Shown in pieces: positions 38,218-51,324 of a DNA stretch of 64,000 nt (its first letter is position 1; each line of letters begins with the position of its first letter). The stretch is from Eledone cirrhosa. Its lineage: Eukaryota. Position numbers and translations under genes: made by a program. The DNA lies in the NCBI GenBank assembly GCA_964016885.1, contig OZ024745.1:121830001-121894000 (forward strand), written 5' to 3'. A model generated the notes under the pieces. The model ran no database searches. It saw only the letters and a list, made by a program, of their open reading frames with translations, and was not told where the DNA came from.

Positions 38218-39045
38218 GTCATCACCAGAGTTTTATATTTGTTTTTCCATGCTTGCAGGCGTTGGGCAGGTCTTTTCCAACACAGCATCCCTTGTTGTGG
38301 TCCTCTGTGAACTTCAGCAATTTAAGACTAGCTCACACAAGCTTTGCCCATGTTTTCATTGGTCTACTACAGCTTCCTTCCACTGGAATTTTTTGGCACT
38401 TCTTCACCCAGTGATCATCATCCATGCACATCATATGTCCATACCAGTGCAATCTTCTCTCCTGCCAACTACAGATATACCCAACTTTTCTCTCAGCCCA
38501 TCCATGTGTTGTTCACGCTTATTAACATTGTACATCCAACAAAGCATGCTTGCTTCATTTCTCTTCAGGCTTTGCATATCCTCTACATTCACTGCCTGTG
38601 TTTCACTACCATGCAAAATCATACTTCACACACAGGCATCATACAGCCAGCCTTTCATTCATAGATAGACATTTTTTTGTTGGAAGCAGAACCTTTTCCA
38701 TCCTATTTTTATTCTAGTTACTATGTTCTCAGGGCAACATTTTCCACTGCTAATTAGACCAGTTCGATAGCAGAAGCTATCAACCACTTCTATGGATCCT
38801 TCCTAGGATTGGAAAATCTGATGCTTTTACTATCAACTATCTCTGTGCATCTTCTACATACAAAGTCTTCCTTTTCTGTTAGTCTTCCTGCTATCCCACT
38901 ACACCTTGTGTTTCCAAGATTTACATTGTGTACATTGTATAAAGTTTCTACATACTCATTGAGCTAGACCACTTCCTGAAGGGATCAAAGCTCTGTCTTT
39001 TTTCCTACTTAATAAAACAATAGTTTTTCCCAAGTTTACTCCAAG
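38218..39045 (-). mobile_element. RTE LINE 3' fragment in TBCA intron 3
   Basis: ILHGSETQ...LKRNEASMLCWM. Confidence 0.8.
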
Positions 39046-40278
39046 GCCAACAATTTTTAGAGTGGTGTGAGGAGTCGATTATATTACCCCAGTACCATTT
39101 GTTGGTACTTTATTTTATTGACCTTGAAAGGCTGAAAGACAAAGTTGGCCTGGGCAGGATTTGAACTCAGAGCTGGAAGAAATACTACTAAACATTTGTA
39201 TTATGCTGCAATGACTCTACCAAACCACTGCCCCTAACATTACTAATAATTATTTCTACATTTTGGCACAAGGCCAGCAATTATCGCAGTGCATTACTGG
39301 TGCTTTATTTTATCGACCCCGTAAGGCAAAGTTAACTTCAGCGGGATTTGAACTCAGACCGTAAAGGGCCGTAACTCTATGCTGCAAAACATGGCGTCTG
39401 ACCCTCTACCGATACTGCCAATCCACTACCCTAACATTACTAATAATACCACTTGCTGATAGCGTGTAAACTGCAGATATATCATCTTGCGGAGCAAAAC
39501 TCTTTAATTTTTTTCAGTCCAAAATATGCAAGAATATCGAAGTCATGTGAAAAGTTAAGAAAAAATTACCTCTGCATAGATTAACACATCCTATTTAAAC
39601 ATTTCTCTTATTTGCTTGCTGCTAGAGCAGAAACTGTTTAGCTTAAAAAATATATATATATATTTGAAACAATGAGAGCTGCACTATTATAAACAAAGGC
39701 ATGAATTTAGGTAACTTTTTCTTACTTGATGTGATTGAGTCCTACCTGAAAGTGCTTCTATAAAAATAAAATTTCAGGGTGCTAGATAAGCCACTTAGCC
39801 CTTTAGCATTTACATTACTTTATATTTATTGTATTTTCATGGAAATACTTGATTTCACATAATTATCTCACATAATACTGAATCTATGAGATTTTGATAT
39901 TATTTATTTTGAGAACAATACCTTAACATCAGTAAGAGTAGCAAGTTACAGCCGGTTTGAATAGAAAGAGGTAAGAGAATTCTGACTGGATAAGGCTGGT
40001 TTAAATGCTAAAGGGTTAAATGCTGTTAATGCAGTGGTTCTTTGTAGATTGTGACATGACTAAATTAACTCTTTTGTTACTGTATTTCAATTAGTTATTA
40101 AAGAATTTGGTGAGATTTACTAAAGTTATTTCATTAAGATAACATTTGTAACATAACAAAAGTAAAATTGTTTGAAGGCTTAAATTTGAATAGAAATCCT
40201 TTAAATGGGTGGTTTTGGGCAGGTAGGGTTAACTCATTGAAAAATAGTTTTATGAATTATATATTTTTCTTTTTGCAG

Positions 40279-40365
40279 GATAATGATTCTGATTTGAAAG
40301 ATGTGGAAGAGTTCTCCAATGCTGAAATTGCCTGTGTTGCTGCCAAGGAAATGTTAGGTTTATGA
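40279..40365 (+). CDS. TBCA: TBCA exon 4 (DNDSDLKDVEEFSNAEIACVAAKEMLGL*)
   Basis: ttttgcag| acceptor, in frame to TGA; total 110 aa; AATAAA at 40551. Confidence 0.88.
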   Translation, partial: DNDSDLKDVEEFSNAEIACVAAKEMLGL

Positions 40366-40806
40366 AGAAGAGGAACTCTGTTTACTAAAATAACTGAGCA
40401 TTGACGGCTTGGTGAATCTTTTACTAATGAAAGGAGGAGTGAAGGGAAAATGCTGGTCATTTATTGTGATATTTGGAAATTAAAATGAATGAGTGAAAAA
40501 CTGAAAATGCAACATATTAACTACCATTTTGCAGTATTCTAGTGTTTTTCAATAAAAACTTCAGTTAATAGAAAAATAAATAAATTGTCAGAAGACATCC
40601 ACAATTAATTTAGCATTTACTTTATTTTCATTGATTACAAATTTTGTTAAGGATCTAACATTGAAAGTTAGGAAATATTATAAAATTGATGTGATAACTC
40701 ATTATTAATTATACTAATTAGAATTGTTCCTTTTTTTTTTTTATTGATATAATATTGATATAATATTGAATAAGATGCTTTTTTCACAACAGTTCTTGAA
40801 TGTTTA

Positions 40807-41629
40807 GGCGATGAATTTATTTAGCAAATTTTGTTATATTTGGGGAGAGTCATGTTATATTGCCAGAAATATATAATAAAATGCACTCTGTTTGGTTTGG
40901 GTTGGTTTTTGTTTCAGTATATTTTATATTTCTATTATTAATTCAGCTGGCAATCAATGTTTACCATTGATTGACCAACAGTTAAAACTATAGATATAAA
41001 TATAGTCTCTTAGAGATCTTTCGTCAGACTGACAACACATTTTTTGATATGTAAACATACAAGAAAATACCAATGTTCCTGCAAATTGGAACAAAAAATG
41101 CTAAATACCTTTAATCGATTTTTGGATCTAAATATCCACAAGAAAACACGATTTAATGGGCTGAGTTACCCATTCGCTCTTAGAAGTATTCTGAAATGGA
41201 CGTACTAATTTGTATATAATTAACACTCATGTTGGTAATTAATTAAGATATATTATAAGAAGTGTACTAAGTAGCCGAAGTATACAATAAAGCTATATCT
41301 GTGTGTGTATATATATACAGAGTTGGTAACCGAGACTGCCAATGTTTATATAGATTTTATATGTAGACATGCCAGAAAATACGAATTTCTCTGCAAATTG
41401 AAAAAGTGATAAACGTTTTTACGATCTTAAATTCATTATCTAAATGACCACATGGAAACATGAACTCAGAGACTATATTTATATTTTTAACTGTTGGTCA
41501 ATCAATGATTGCCAGCTGAATTACTTATAGAAATATAATATATTGAAACAAAAACCAACCCAAACCAAACAGTGAGTGTGTTTTATTATATATTTCTATA
41601 ATATAACATGACCCTCCCCAAATATAATA
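40807..41629. mobile_element. Fold-back insertion with about 170-bp inverted arms and a 12-bp flanking direct repeat
   Basis: 40834-41010 versus 41468-41627; CTTGAATGTTTA at 40795-40806 and 41630-41641. Confidence 0.75.
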
Positions 41630-42369
41630 CTTGAATGTTTAACTCTCCCTGATATGGTGATCATAAACGTCTTAAAACACTGAAGCTTTTTATTTGCCTT
41701 GGCTTTCCTACATATGAAAATGCATTTTCCTGATTATGGCTGCTGTCTATTTGTATTAATGGGGTAATTTACCATTGAAGTTCTTAGTAAATATGTCAAA
41801 GTGTAAGAGTCAATTCAATTAATAAAATTTCACTAAAACATTTTTCATTTTCTTTTTTTTTGTATATAGTTGCACTGTTTTGTAAATTAAACCCCCAAAA
41901 TAAACATTGTCAACCGTTAATGGCAAGGTATCAGGATTTTCAGTCTTAATCACCATATTTTGTAACAACCAAATTACACTTAACATTTTAGCATTTACAT
42001 TGCACCATATTTACTATTATATTTTCGCCGTAAAGGCTTTATCTCGCGTAATATCGAATCTATGAGACTTTGATATTTATTTTAAGAACAATACCTTAAC
42101 ATTAGTATGAGTAGCCAGTTTGAATAGAAAGAGATGAGAGAATTCTGGCTGGTTTAAATCACATTTTGTCTTAAAAAATATTTCATGGTAATGTAGTATT
42201 AGATAGACAATATCAGAGGGAAAAAAATAGATGGTTGTGATGAAAAATCTATGGAAGAATAAAAACAGAGTTTCCAAAACAATTTTATTTTCTTAAAAAA
42301 TATAAGGATGAAAATTAAAATGTATTTTTAAATATTTTTCTTTTTTCCCTAGCAAATGATATTTTTATG

Positions 42370-43005
42370 CTATTTATTATCACCACTGTCAGAACTGTTT
42401 CTGTTAGACTCACAGTGATGTTCTATAGCTTTAATAATCTTCTGGAATATTTTGGCTGCTGGGCTATCAGGTATTTCTTCTAAGAACGACTTGCCTTCAT
42501 CGCATGCTTTTGCAATTCTGGGGTCTAAAGGTAACTTGCCAAGGAAAGGAAGTGATAAATCTTTTGCTACTTTTTCACCTCCACCAGTTGTTGCAGGAAA
42601 TATCTGTGATTCAGTTTTGCAATGTGGGCAAACAAAGCCACTCATGTTTTCAACTACACCAATAATGGGAAGTTTTACTTTCTCACAGAAATTTATTTCC
42701 TTTCTTACATCCTGCAAAGAAATTTCCTGTGGTGTAGTAATGATAATTGCTCCATCGATATTTGTTGCACCAATATATTGAACCAATGATAGATGTTCGT
42801 CTGAAGTACCAGGTGGTGTATCAATAATCAGGTAATCCAAATCTCCCCAATCAACATCTTTAAGAAACTGTTTAATTAGGCCATTCTTTCTAGGACCTCT
42901 CCATATTACAGCATCTTTCAGACTTGATAGAAGAAAACCAATTGACATAATTGCTAGGTTATCTGACACGTAAACTGGTGACCAACCAGAACCACTTTGA
43001 TGAAC
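42370..43005 (-). CDS. NUBP1: NUBP1 exon 2 ([11 protein letters not shown]...DSGDNK*)
   Basis: ttctacag| acceptor; [25 protein letters not shown] motifs; total 323 aa. Confidence 0.96.
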   Translation of the reverse strand, partial: VHQSGSGWSPVYVSDNLAIMSIGFLLSSLKDAVIWRGPRKNGLIKQFLKDVDWGDLDYLIIDTPPGTSDEHLSLVQYIGATNIDGAIIITTPQEISLQDVRKEINFCEKVKLPIIGVVENMSGFVCPHCKTESQIFPATTGGGEKVAKDLSLPFLGKLPLDPRIAKACDEGKSFLEEIPDSPAAKIFQKIIKAIEHHCESNRNSSDSGDNK

Positions 43006-43931
43006 CTGTAGAAGAGAAAAGACAATATAATTGTAGGGTTTTGAAAATGTGAATTGGCAGAGTCGTTAAAACGTTGGATAGAATCCTTTACGGTATTCAT
43101 CCCACCTCATTCCATGCTCTGAGTTCAAATCCCGCCGTGGTGAACTGCCTTTTATCCTTTTGAGGTCGATAAAAAAAGTACCAGTCAAGTACTGGGGTCG
43201 ATTCTTCCTCTATAGAAAAAATCAGCTGTGTTCAGACCTGGAGAGGGTTGGGCTCCACCAGGTTTAAAAGTGCCCTAGACACACCGTATGACAGTGCCTC
43301 TACGACTCCAAAAGGTGTTATGGGATCTTTATCCTTTTATTATTCACAGCATGATGGATTGGCAGTATCGGTAGAGGGTCGGACGTCATGCTTTGCAGCA
43401 TAGAGTTACGGCCCTCTACGGTCTGAGTTCAAATCCCGCTGAGGTTAACTTTACCTTTCATCCTTATGGGGTCAATAAAATAAAGCACCAGTAATGTACT
43501 GGGGTCGATTTAATCAACTTCCCCCTCCCCCAAATTACTGGCCTTGTGCCTATATAAGAAATCATTATTCACAGCATGGAGAAAATGATGTTTGTGATTG
43601 ATAAGATAAACCAAAACTATGTAATTTGTTTTATTTCAGTTATATATTTTGATACTTTGCCAATATATACTACTACTACTACAATATATAGAGAATATTT
43701 CATTTTATTGTAATAATAATAATTGTTTCTACTTTTGGCACAAGGCTAGCAATTATACCAGTGTATTACTGGTACTTTATTTTATCGACCCCGTAAGGAT
43801 GAAAGGCAAAGTTAACCTCGGCGGGATTTGAACTCAGAATGGCAAGGACCGTAACTCTATGCATCAAAGCATGGCGTCCGACCCTCTACCGATACTGCCA
43901 ATCCACCGAATAATAATAGTAATCGTTTAAT

Positions 43932-44521
43932 GTAGAGGTTCTCAAACTTATTAGCCCCCTCCCTCACGGCCGCGTAATAACCTCAGCGCCCTTCCCCCAC
44001 TCTATTTCCAGAGAGACCTGCTCACACGCAAATTGTAAATAATATATATACGATGTATAGATAAATATTATATATTTTTTATTTTACTATATTTATATAT
44101 ATGTATCATTTGATATTTGATTTACTATATACCATTAAAGGTTTCTCGCCAAAAATGAAAGGCAAACTGAAATAAATGAGGTCGTGTAGGTGTCACGACA
44201 AAAAACACAGTTCACGCTGTAATGTGGCCGTGTAGGAAACACGGTAAAAACCTCCCAGTCCACACTGTAAACGTGGTTGGTGTTAGGAAGGGCATCCAGT
44301 CGTAGAAAACCTGCCAGACAGTCCTATACTACCGAGACGACCAATCTTTCCTCAAGTGGGACAATTCCTGTCTAAACCCATGCTAGCGTGGAAGATAGAC
44401 GTTAAACGATGATGATGATGATGATTATATCATTTCTACCGACCCCAGCGCCCCCTTGGACTTTCTCCCCCCCCCCCCCCCCCCCCAACGGAAGCAGTAG
44501 CGCCCACTTTGAGAACCTCTG
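43932..44521. mobile_element. hAT-type MITE (same family) in the NUBP1 intron, with nested RTE/SINE pieces
   Basis: Both TIRs present; no matching TSD. Confidence 0.7.
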
Positions 44522-45956
44522 GAATAGAGTAAGCCAATCAATCTGATGAACAGGAAGAATATTTAGTTCTAATAACGACTTCCCACGACTGTAGTACATG
44601 TTGAATTTAAAGCAAGAAACTAGTCTCGGTGATGTGAAATACGAGGTGTTTGTAGTTGTTACCAATATCGTTTGTAAGAAATATGACGGTTTGGTGTTCA
44701 TAAAGAGAAAACAAGTTTGATTCCTTAATACGGATGTCTGCAGTGACTAAGTTTGTTAAAATGTAATGTTACTGAAGTTAAGACTAGTGGTTCTCAAACT
44801 GAAAAATGCTACACCTGAATATGAGTTAATACGTTTAGCCTCTCTATTTTTATTGTTGAGATGACAAAATCGAGTTATATAACATTAACTTTGCCTTTCA
44901 TCCTTATGGGGTTGATAAAATAAAGTACCAGTAATACACTGGAATAATTGCTGGCCTTGTGCCAAAACTAGAAACAATTATTATCGATAGAGCGTCAGAC
45001 ACCATGCTTTGCAGCATAGAGTTATGGCCCTGCAAGTTCTGAGTTCAAATTCCGCCGAGGTCAACTTTGCCTTTCATCCTTACGGGGTCGATAAAATAGA
45101 GCACCAGTAATGCACTGGGGTAATTGCTGGCCTTGTGCCAAAAGTAGAAACAATTATGATAATAGAATTATAGCTATAAACAAGAATATCTTGATTTTAT
45201 CAAACATGGTAATTTGCCCACTCCCTTTTCAATCATCACAACCCCTTCGCCTTGAGAAACACTGAATCATTAGTCAAATATTCTTATGAAGTTAGTATTT
45301 AACAGTTATGTCCCATTTCTTGACAAAGCTATTCTTAGTAAAGAACGGGTTGCAGGTGACTGATAGCGATACGGCCACCAGATATGATGATTAGTTGCGA
45401 TATAAGTGGGCAACTGCTGGGCAAATAAGACCAACAGCGGTAAACTATGATACTAGGGTAGATGAAGCAATGGGTGACACCTGTAGTTCCCAAGAAAACT
45501 CTCACAGCCTCGTGAATACAAGCGGTCGAAATGGGGTTCCTCCGAAGGGTCTTTGGAGTAACATTACTCGACAGAGTGCGTAGCTCAGAGATCAGAGAGT
45601 CACTCAAGGTAGAGCTTGTTATGCATTTAAACCGTATGGAAATTTTGTTTAAATACACAAAAAAGAAAGTCAAAGAATAAACCCAAAGTGTCTATTAAGT
45701 AATCACAGTTAATTTTTTTTTATTTCTGCTAATCTTAAACTCTAGAGGCCGATGACAACTTCTTTTTCTGTCTTTGAGGGTCGTCACCCTATTCTATAGC
45801 TTCACCACTCTCTAACTATAATGTTTATAAAGCTTTAGAGAAAGATTCGAAAATTCTTATTCAGTTTCATGCGTAATAAGGGAAAGAGAGAAAAACACTT
45901 CTTAAAACTTATCGAACAAGAAAATTATGAAACAATTGTAAATAATATATACATAC

Positions 45957-46292
45957 TGATTCCCCCTCTACTCCCATAATTCGCGGAATAGACGGTCCAC
46001 ACATATCTGTGTCCAATACTGCGACCTGATGATCTTCATTGGTAGCAGCAAAACCATGCCCTAAATGAGCAGAGAAAGTACTCTTTCCAACACCACCTTT
46101 TCCAGAAAGGACGATGATTTTATGTCGAACTGTGGATAATTTCTCTTGAATTTCTTCAATAGCTGGATCGGGTCCTTTAGGTTGGGACGAACATATTCCT
46201 TTATTTGGACAGCCACTACAAGCAGACGCTTTGCCTGCATGTTCGCTATCGGTTCCAGGACAATGTTGTGGGACGTTTGTTAAGTCTGCCAT
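45957..46292 (-). CDS. NUBP1: Cytosolic Fe-S cluster assembly factor NUBP1/Nbp35, exon 1 (112 aa)
   Basis: N-terminal C-x13-C-x2-C-x5-C motif, deviant Walker [10 protein letters not shown], DxDxCGPS; ends TCA|gtatgt (phase 0). Confidence 0.96.
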
Positions 46293-46466
46293 CTTACATA
46301 TGTAGATAGTTATGGCCCTTGATAAACTCTCTACTATCTAAAAATGTTTAGAAATTGTTCAGAGTGATTTCCCCTGAAATGTTATTTTTATTCTCTAGAA
46401 ATTTAAATAGTATTAATTACTACTGTACTATTTTCATGCGATCCCATTATTTACATATTAAACCAA
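46293..46466. promoter_or_regulatory. Bidirectional promoter region between NUBP1 and the glutaredoxin-like gene
   Basis: Only 174 bp separate the two divergent start codons. Confidence 0.8.
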
Positions 46467-46640
46467 ATGTTAACCAGGACAAATTTTGTTCATACACCTT
46501 TCGCCTTCAAAAGAATTATTCGCATATTTTCTCGAAGTTTCGTGTCCGATAAGGCTAAGCCTATTCTGACTATGTTTACCAAACAAGAATGTAGTTTATG
46601 TGAAGAGGCAAAAGAAGTGCTTGCTCCGTACATTGATAAA
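46467..46640 (+). CDS. C5orf63: Glutaredoxin-like protein (C5orf63/YDR286C family), exon 1
   Basis: PILTMFTKQECSLCEEAKEVL (CxxC); |gtaagt donor; N-terminal 27 aa are Arg-rich with no acidic residues, like a mitochondrial presequence. Start codon choice is inferred. Confidence 0.88.
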
Positions 46641-46789
46641 GTAAGTTCGAAAAGTAATTATTATATAACGAGTCCTAAGCTAGAGTTAATATCCTCTCAG
46701 TTTTGAAGCTGGTAGAATTATTCAAGATGAAGAGGCCCGATGTACTTAACATTTGATCTGTGACTAGAGATAGATACCTCATACGGGAG

Positions 46790-47142
46790 GTTACTTTGAG
46801 TGATTCTTTCACTCTGTCACACATTCTAATTGCTGTGGCATTTGTGAGGGCAAGTGCACCTTTATCATCCCGGACACACTTCTCTCCAATGACACACTGC
46901 CTCGCAATCCCGGACACCTGCTTTTGGTCCTCACGCTGCAAAACATGCTTGAATTTTCTATTTTTCGCTTTACTTCTTGCTAAGTATACTTGTCTAGATT
47001 CCCTGCTAGCCTCTATGTAGTGTACCCTCCTTCCCCCCGTTCTTCCATTGTTTCCATTCCTGTCTTTTGTTCTTAATTGTCACATCTACTTTATTGTTCC
47101 ACCACCAAGTCACCCTCCTTCTCCCTGTAGTTTTGCTCCATC
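46790..47142 (-). mobile_element. RTE LINE fragment in the glutaredoxin-like gene intron
   Basis: VTWWWNNKVD; IARQCV..EKCVRDDKGALAL. Confidence 0.75.
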
Positions 47143-47227
47143 CATATATATATATATATGATGTGATATATATAAAATTGACCTGAATATGATCATAACG
47201 GTTGGGGTTTTTTCTTTGCTTTTGCAG

Positions 47228-47401
47228 GTTATTTTCAATGAAGTTGATATAACTGATGTAAAAAATAAAGAGTATTTCTATAAATACAGGTTTGATATTC
47301 CTGTTTTCCACTTGAATGGAAAATATATAATGAAACATCGCATTAATAAAGAGTTATTGGACAAAGCCCTTACTAAAAAGGACCAGCAAAGCAGTGTATA
47401 G
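47228..47401 (+). CDS. C5orf63: Glutaredoxin-like protein (C5orf63 family), exon 2
   Basis: tttgcag| acceptor; EVDIT...YRFDIPVFHLNG...MKHRIN family motif; TAG at 47399-47401; AATAAA near 47482. Confidence 0.9.
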   Translation, partial: VIFNEVDITDVKNKEYFYKYRFDIPVFHLNGKYIMKHRINKELLDKALTKKDQQSSV

Positions 47402-48489
47402 TATGCTATAGTATATGGAATATATACATATTTCATGTTATGCAAGTGCAGCAAATATATTTTGCAGTGTAAGATTTTGTAAATAAAAAAGTTTTGTAAA
47501 AAATTAGAATAGTTGCTGTTGTTAAAAAGCTCCACTACCGACCAAATTGACATCATCATCATTATCATCATCACTACCTCCAACAACATCACTGCTACTG
47601 CCACCTCCAACACTACTACTGTCAGATCCAACATTACTGCCTTCAACACCACAACCATATTAACAAGACATTCTTGAACAGTACAAGAACTGTACAATGA
47701 CTTTTAAAATTAAAGTCTTTACTACAAATTTTCATGATGCATCAGCCCATCAGTAAAGATACTATAAACATTTGAATTAACAAACTTGTCTTTAAATATT
47801 TTCTGTTAAATCATTACAGGATGTTAAGAGTTAATGTAGAATTGAAAGCTTTTTTTAATTCATCCTAAGCTTATCTTTGTTCCCATAAAGTGGACTCACA
47901 AACTGGGTGTATTGCACAAATATGAACAACTAGCAGGACCCTTGGAAATTCCACGGACGAAAAACTTAAGAGGAGCTATTTAAGAGATGTTCATCTAGTT
48001 GTATATTATCTCTTCTCTCCTGTCGTTTTAGTCTAAAACGATGTGTCTCTGTTCTTCGTTCATTTCCTCACATCTCTGTACACATACATACACACACAAT
48101 TCATTACAATTGTGTGTATATGCATACGTATACATTTATATGTATGAGTATATAAATATAAACACAAACGCACACACACATACACTCACACAAAATACAC
48201 ACATACACTCACACAAACGCACTCATACACTCACACAAGTGTAGCTAATCTTGGATCACTCACCGCTATAGCATTTTACCAGCCTCTTCCTTCCTCAATC
48301 ATTACATAGATGTGTGTCTATGTAATAATCAGTTTGTATAATGTGTCTATTTATGTATGAGTAGATGTGTGTGTGTGTTTGCACTTTATTTAACTGTTCA
48401 ATTGTGGAAAACTCATAAAAAGTATAGAAATCTGAGTACTGCTTCAATTGATTATAAGAAAGCATATCTCCTGACATGGTTGCTGATAT

Positions 48490-51324
48490 ATTGGAGATCT
48501 CTAAATCAGGAGGCAATAATCCCAAAAATTTCAAAATCAAACCAATATCAGTTAAAAGAAATAACTAACAAAGTAAACAACATCCCTGACAAGGTGCCAA
48601 CTAGAACCATCACAGAAACCAACAATCTCATCGGTACTGCAGGTATCTATATTGCTAAAGAGTTAGGTCTGAAACAGACTAAACAAAAACAGATCAATGA
48701 ATTATGGTGGAAAAGAAGAATTGAATGGGACATCGAAATGCTTACGAAAGATATCAATATTTTGGAAAGTGAAAAACGAGGTGAATTAAGAAAAAAGGGG
48801 GAAAGATTGAACAACTTATGGGGAAGTTCGAAGTAAGGAGAAAGATTATTACAGTAATTGAGGAGCTGAAATAAAGGGCACTTGCTAAAGCTATAAAGAT
48901 GAAAGGTATGAACAATGGATCATGCAGTATAAACAGAATATACATTTCCAAAAGAAAATCAGAAGAGATTCTGTCAGGAGGTAAATGGCATAGTTAGGAA
49001 TGATGATGTAATCTCTGATGCAAATGAAAGTAAAGTAAGAAGTTTTAGAGTGATATCTGGAATGTAGGAAAAGAGCACACTAGAAGTGTGGAGGGGCTGA
49101 CTAACATAAAAAATGACATAATCAACAGGGAGTATTGGATATAACAACTGATATGGTAACTATCCAGTGTAGAAAGATACCTAATTGGAAAGCTCCTGGC
49201 AAAGACGGAGTGCAAGGATTCTGGTTGAAAAAGCTAAAGGCCTTTCATGGGAGAATTGCTGAGCAACTGAATAAAAACTTGAATGGAGAAGAAAGGTTGC
49301 CAGAATGACTAACCTTTAGAAGAACGATCTTGTGTTTGAAGGACCCCAGCAATGGAAATACAGTTGACAACTTTAGACAGAAGGGATGTAGGAGAAGAAG
49401 CAGGGGGACTAAGGATCAATTGTTGATTGATAAAGCGTTCCTTAAAGATTGTAAAAGGAGACACACAAATATTGCCATGGCCTGGATCAATTACTACAAG
49501 GCAGATGACATGATGTCACATAGTTGGATAGTAGAATGTTTGGAAATGTTTTGTATTTCAGCTAACGTTAGACAATTTCTGGTGAGCAGTGTGGATGGTT
49601 GGAATATTGAGCTGACATCATGTACACAAACATTGGGAGTTGTGAAGTTCAAGAGAGGAATATTTCAGGGAGACAGTATTTCACCTTTACTGTTTGTACT
49701 GTGTATGATTTCACTTTCATTAGTGCTTATAAGGTCAAAGGCTGGTTACGAGTGGGAGGACCTGAGTTTAAGATAAACCACATGTTGTTCATGGATGTCA
49801 TAAAACTTTATGGGAAATCTTATGAACATCAATATGATTCTCTTGTACAGACAATTCATACATTCAGTAGAGACATAGGAATGGAATTTGGCATAAAAAT
49901 GTGTTGGGTGCTACTACTGAAGCAGAGTAGAATTAATAAAATGGAAGAAATTGAATTACCAGATGGACAAGTTATGAAGGAAATTGATGACATTGGGTAT
50001 AAGTACTTAGGTATCCTGGAAACAAACCAAATGAAAGAGAAGGAAATGAAAAAACTATTATTAAAGGAATATAAATGGAGACTGAAGTTGGTGTTAAAGA
50101 TGAACTTAAGTGGTAGGAATAAGATACTGGGTATCAACACATGGGCTGTTGCAGTGCTACGGTATAGCGAATGGAGATGTGATGGACTTAAGGAGCTTGA
50201 TAGAAATAAACAGGGAAATGATGACACTACCAGGGTCTCTACACCCCAAAAGTGACGTGGACAGGTTGTATCTATCATGAAAGAGAGGAAAAGAGGTCTC
50301 ATTAGCTGTGAAAGGTGTGTGAAGTCTGAATAAAATAATCTGACATATGTAAAGAATTCAAAGGAGAGATTGATGGCAGAAGTAAGAAAGATAAAGGTCC
50401 TAAACAGTGATGAAGAGAAAAGGGAGAATTTAACCAAGACAGACAGAATGATACATTGAATAGATGGAAGAAAAAAAAAATGTCTATGGTTAGTTCTTAT
50501 GTAAAGTGCCTGAGACAGTTGACAAAGATAGGAACTGGGAATGGACTAAGAAAAGAGACTTAAAAGTTGAAACTGAAACCCTTATTTTTGCAGCTGAGGG
50601 ACTCAGAACGAACTGTATCAAGTTCAGTATTGACAAGTCAGTGAATTCCTCACATTGTAGGCTGTGTGGTGAGAAAGGTGAGACAGTTATTAGTGAATTT
50701 AAGATGTTTACTCAGAAAGAGTGCAAGAGAAGACACAACAACATAGCCAGATTGGTTCATTGGAAGCTCTGTCATGTGACAGAGCAGAAGTTAGAAATGG
50801 TATGAACTCAACTGGAAAGGGTGCCTGAAAATGAACAGTATAAGATCTTGTGGGACATGACCATCCAGTGTGTCCATTTAATCGTGGTCAGAAAGCATGA
50901 CATTGTTGTCATAGAGAAGAAGAATAGCAAAGCAAGTATTGTGAATATTGCTTCACTGTGGGGTCACAAGGTGAATGAGAAGGAAGATGAGAAAGTTGAG
51001 AAATACCAGGAGCTGAAGAGAGAAATCAGGAAATTATAGAGAATCAGACACATAGATGTGGCACCGATTGTTGTTGGCACGCTGGGAGCAGTTAGTAAGA
51101 AGGTTGGACGCATGGCTTGAGAAGCTAGGAATTGACATCAAGACAGGATTGTTGCAGAAAACAGCCTTGCTGGGAACAGCAAGAATTCTAAGAAGGGTGT
51201 TAGAGAATTGAAGGAGAAGGAATGACCAAAATGACCTTTGACCATTGGCTATGGCTCACTCTTTTGGTATAGTGTCGGTATAACATCTGCCAGAACAAAA
51301 GCATTACAAAAAAATAATAATAAT
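48490..51324 (+). mobile_element. R4/Dong-like (RLE) non-LTR retrotransposon, long decayed copy with (AAT)n tail
   Basis: [17 protein letters not shown]; [14 protein letters not shown]; NHMLFMD.IKLYG; CRLCG..GET...RRHN; KILWD...DIVVIEK...EKVEKYQEL; PIVVGTLG. Confidence 0.88.

Noticed and set aside
42452-42781. 109-aa + strand ORF
   Set aside because: Antisense shadow of NUBP1 exon 2.
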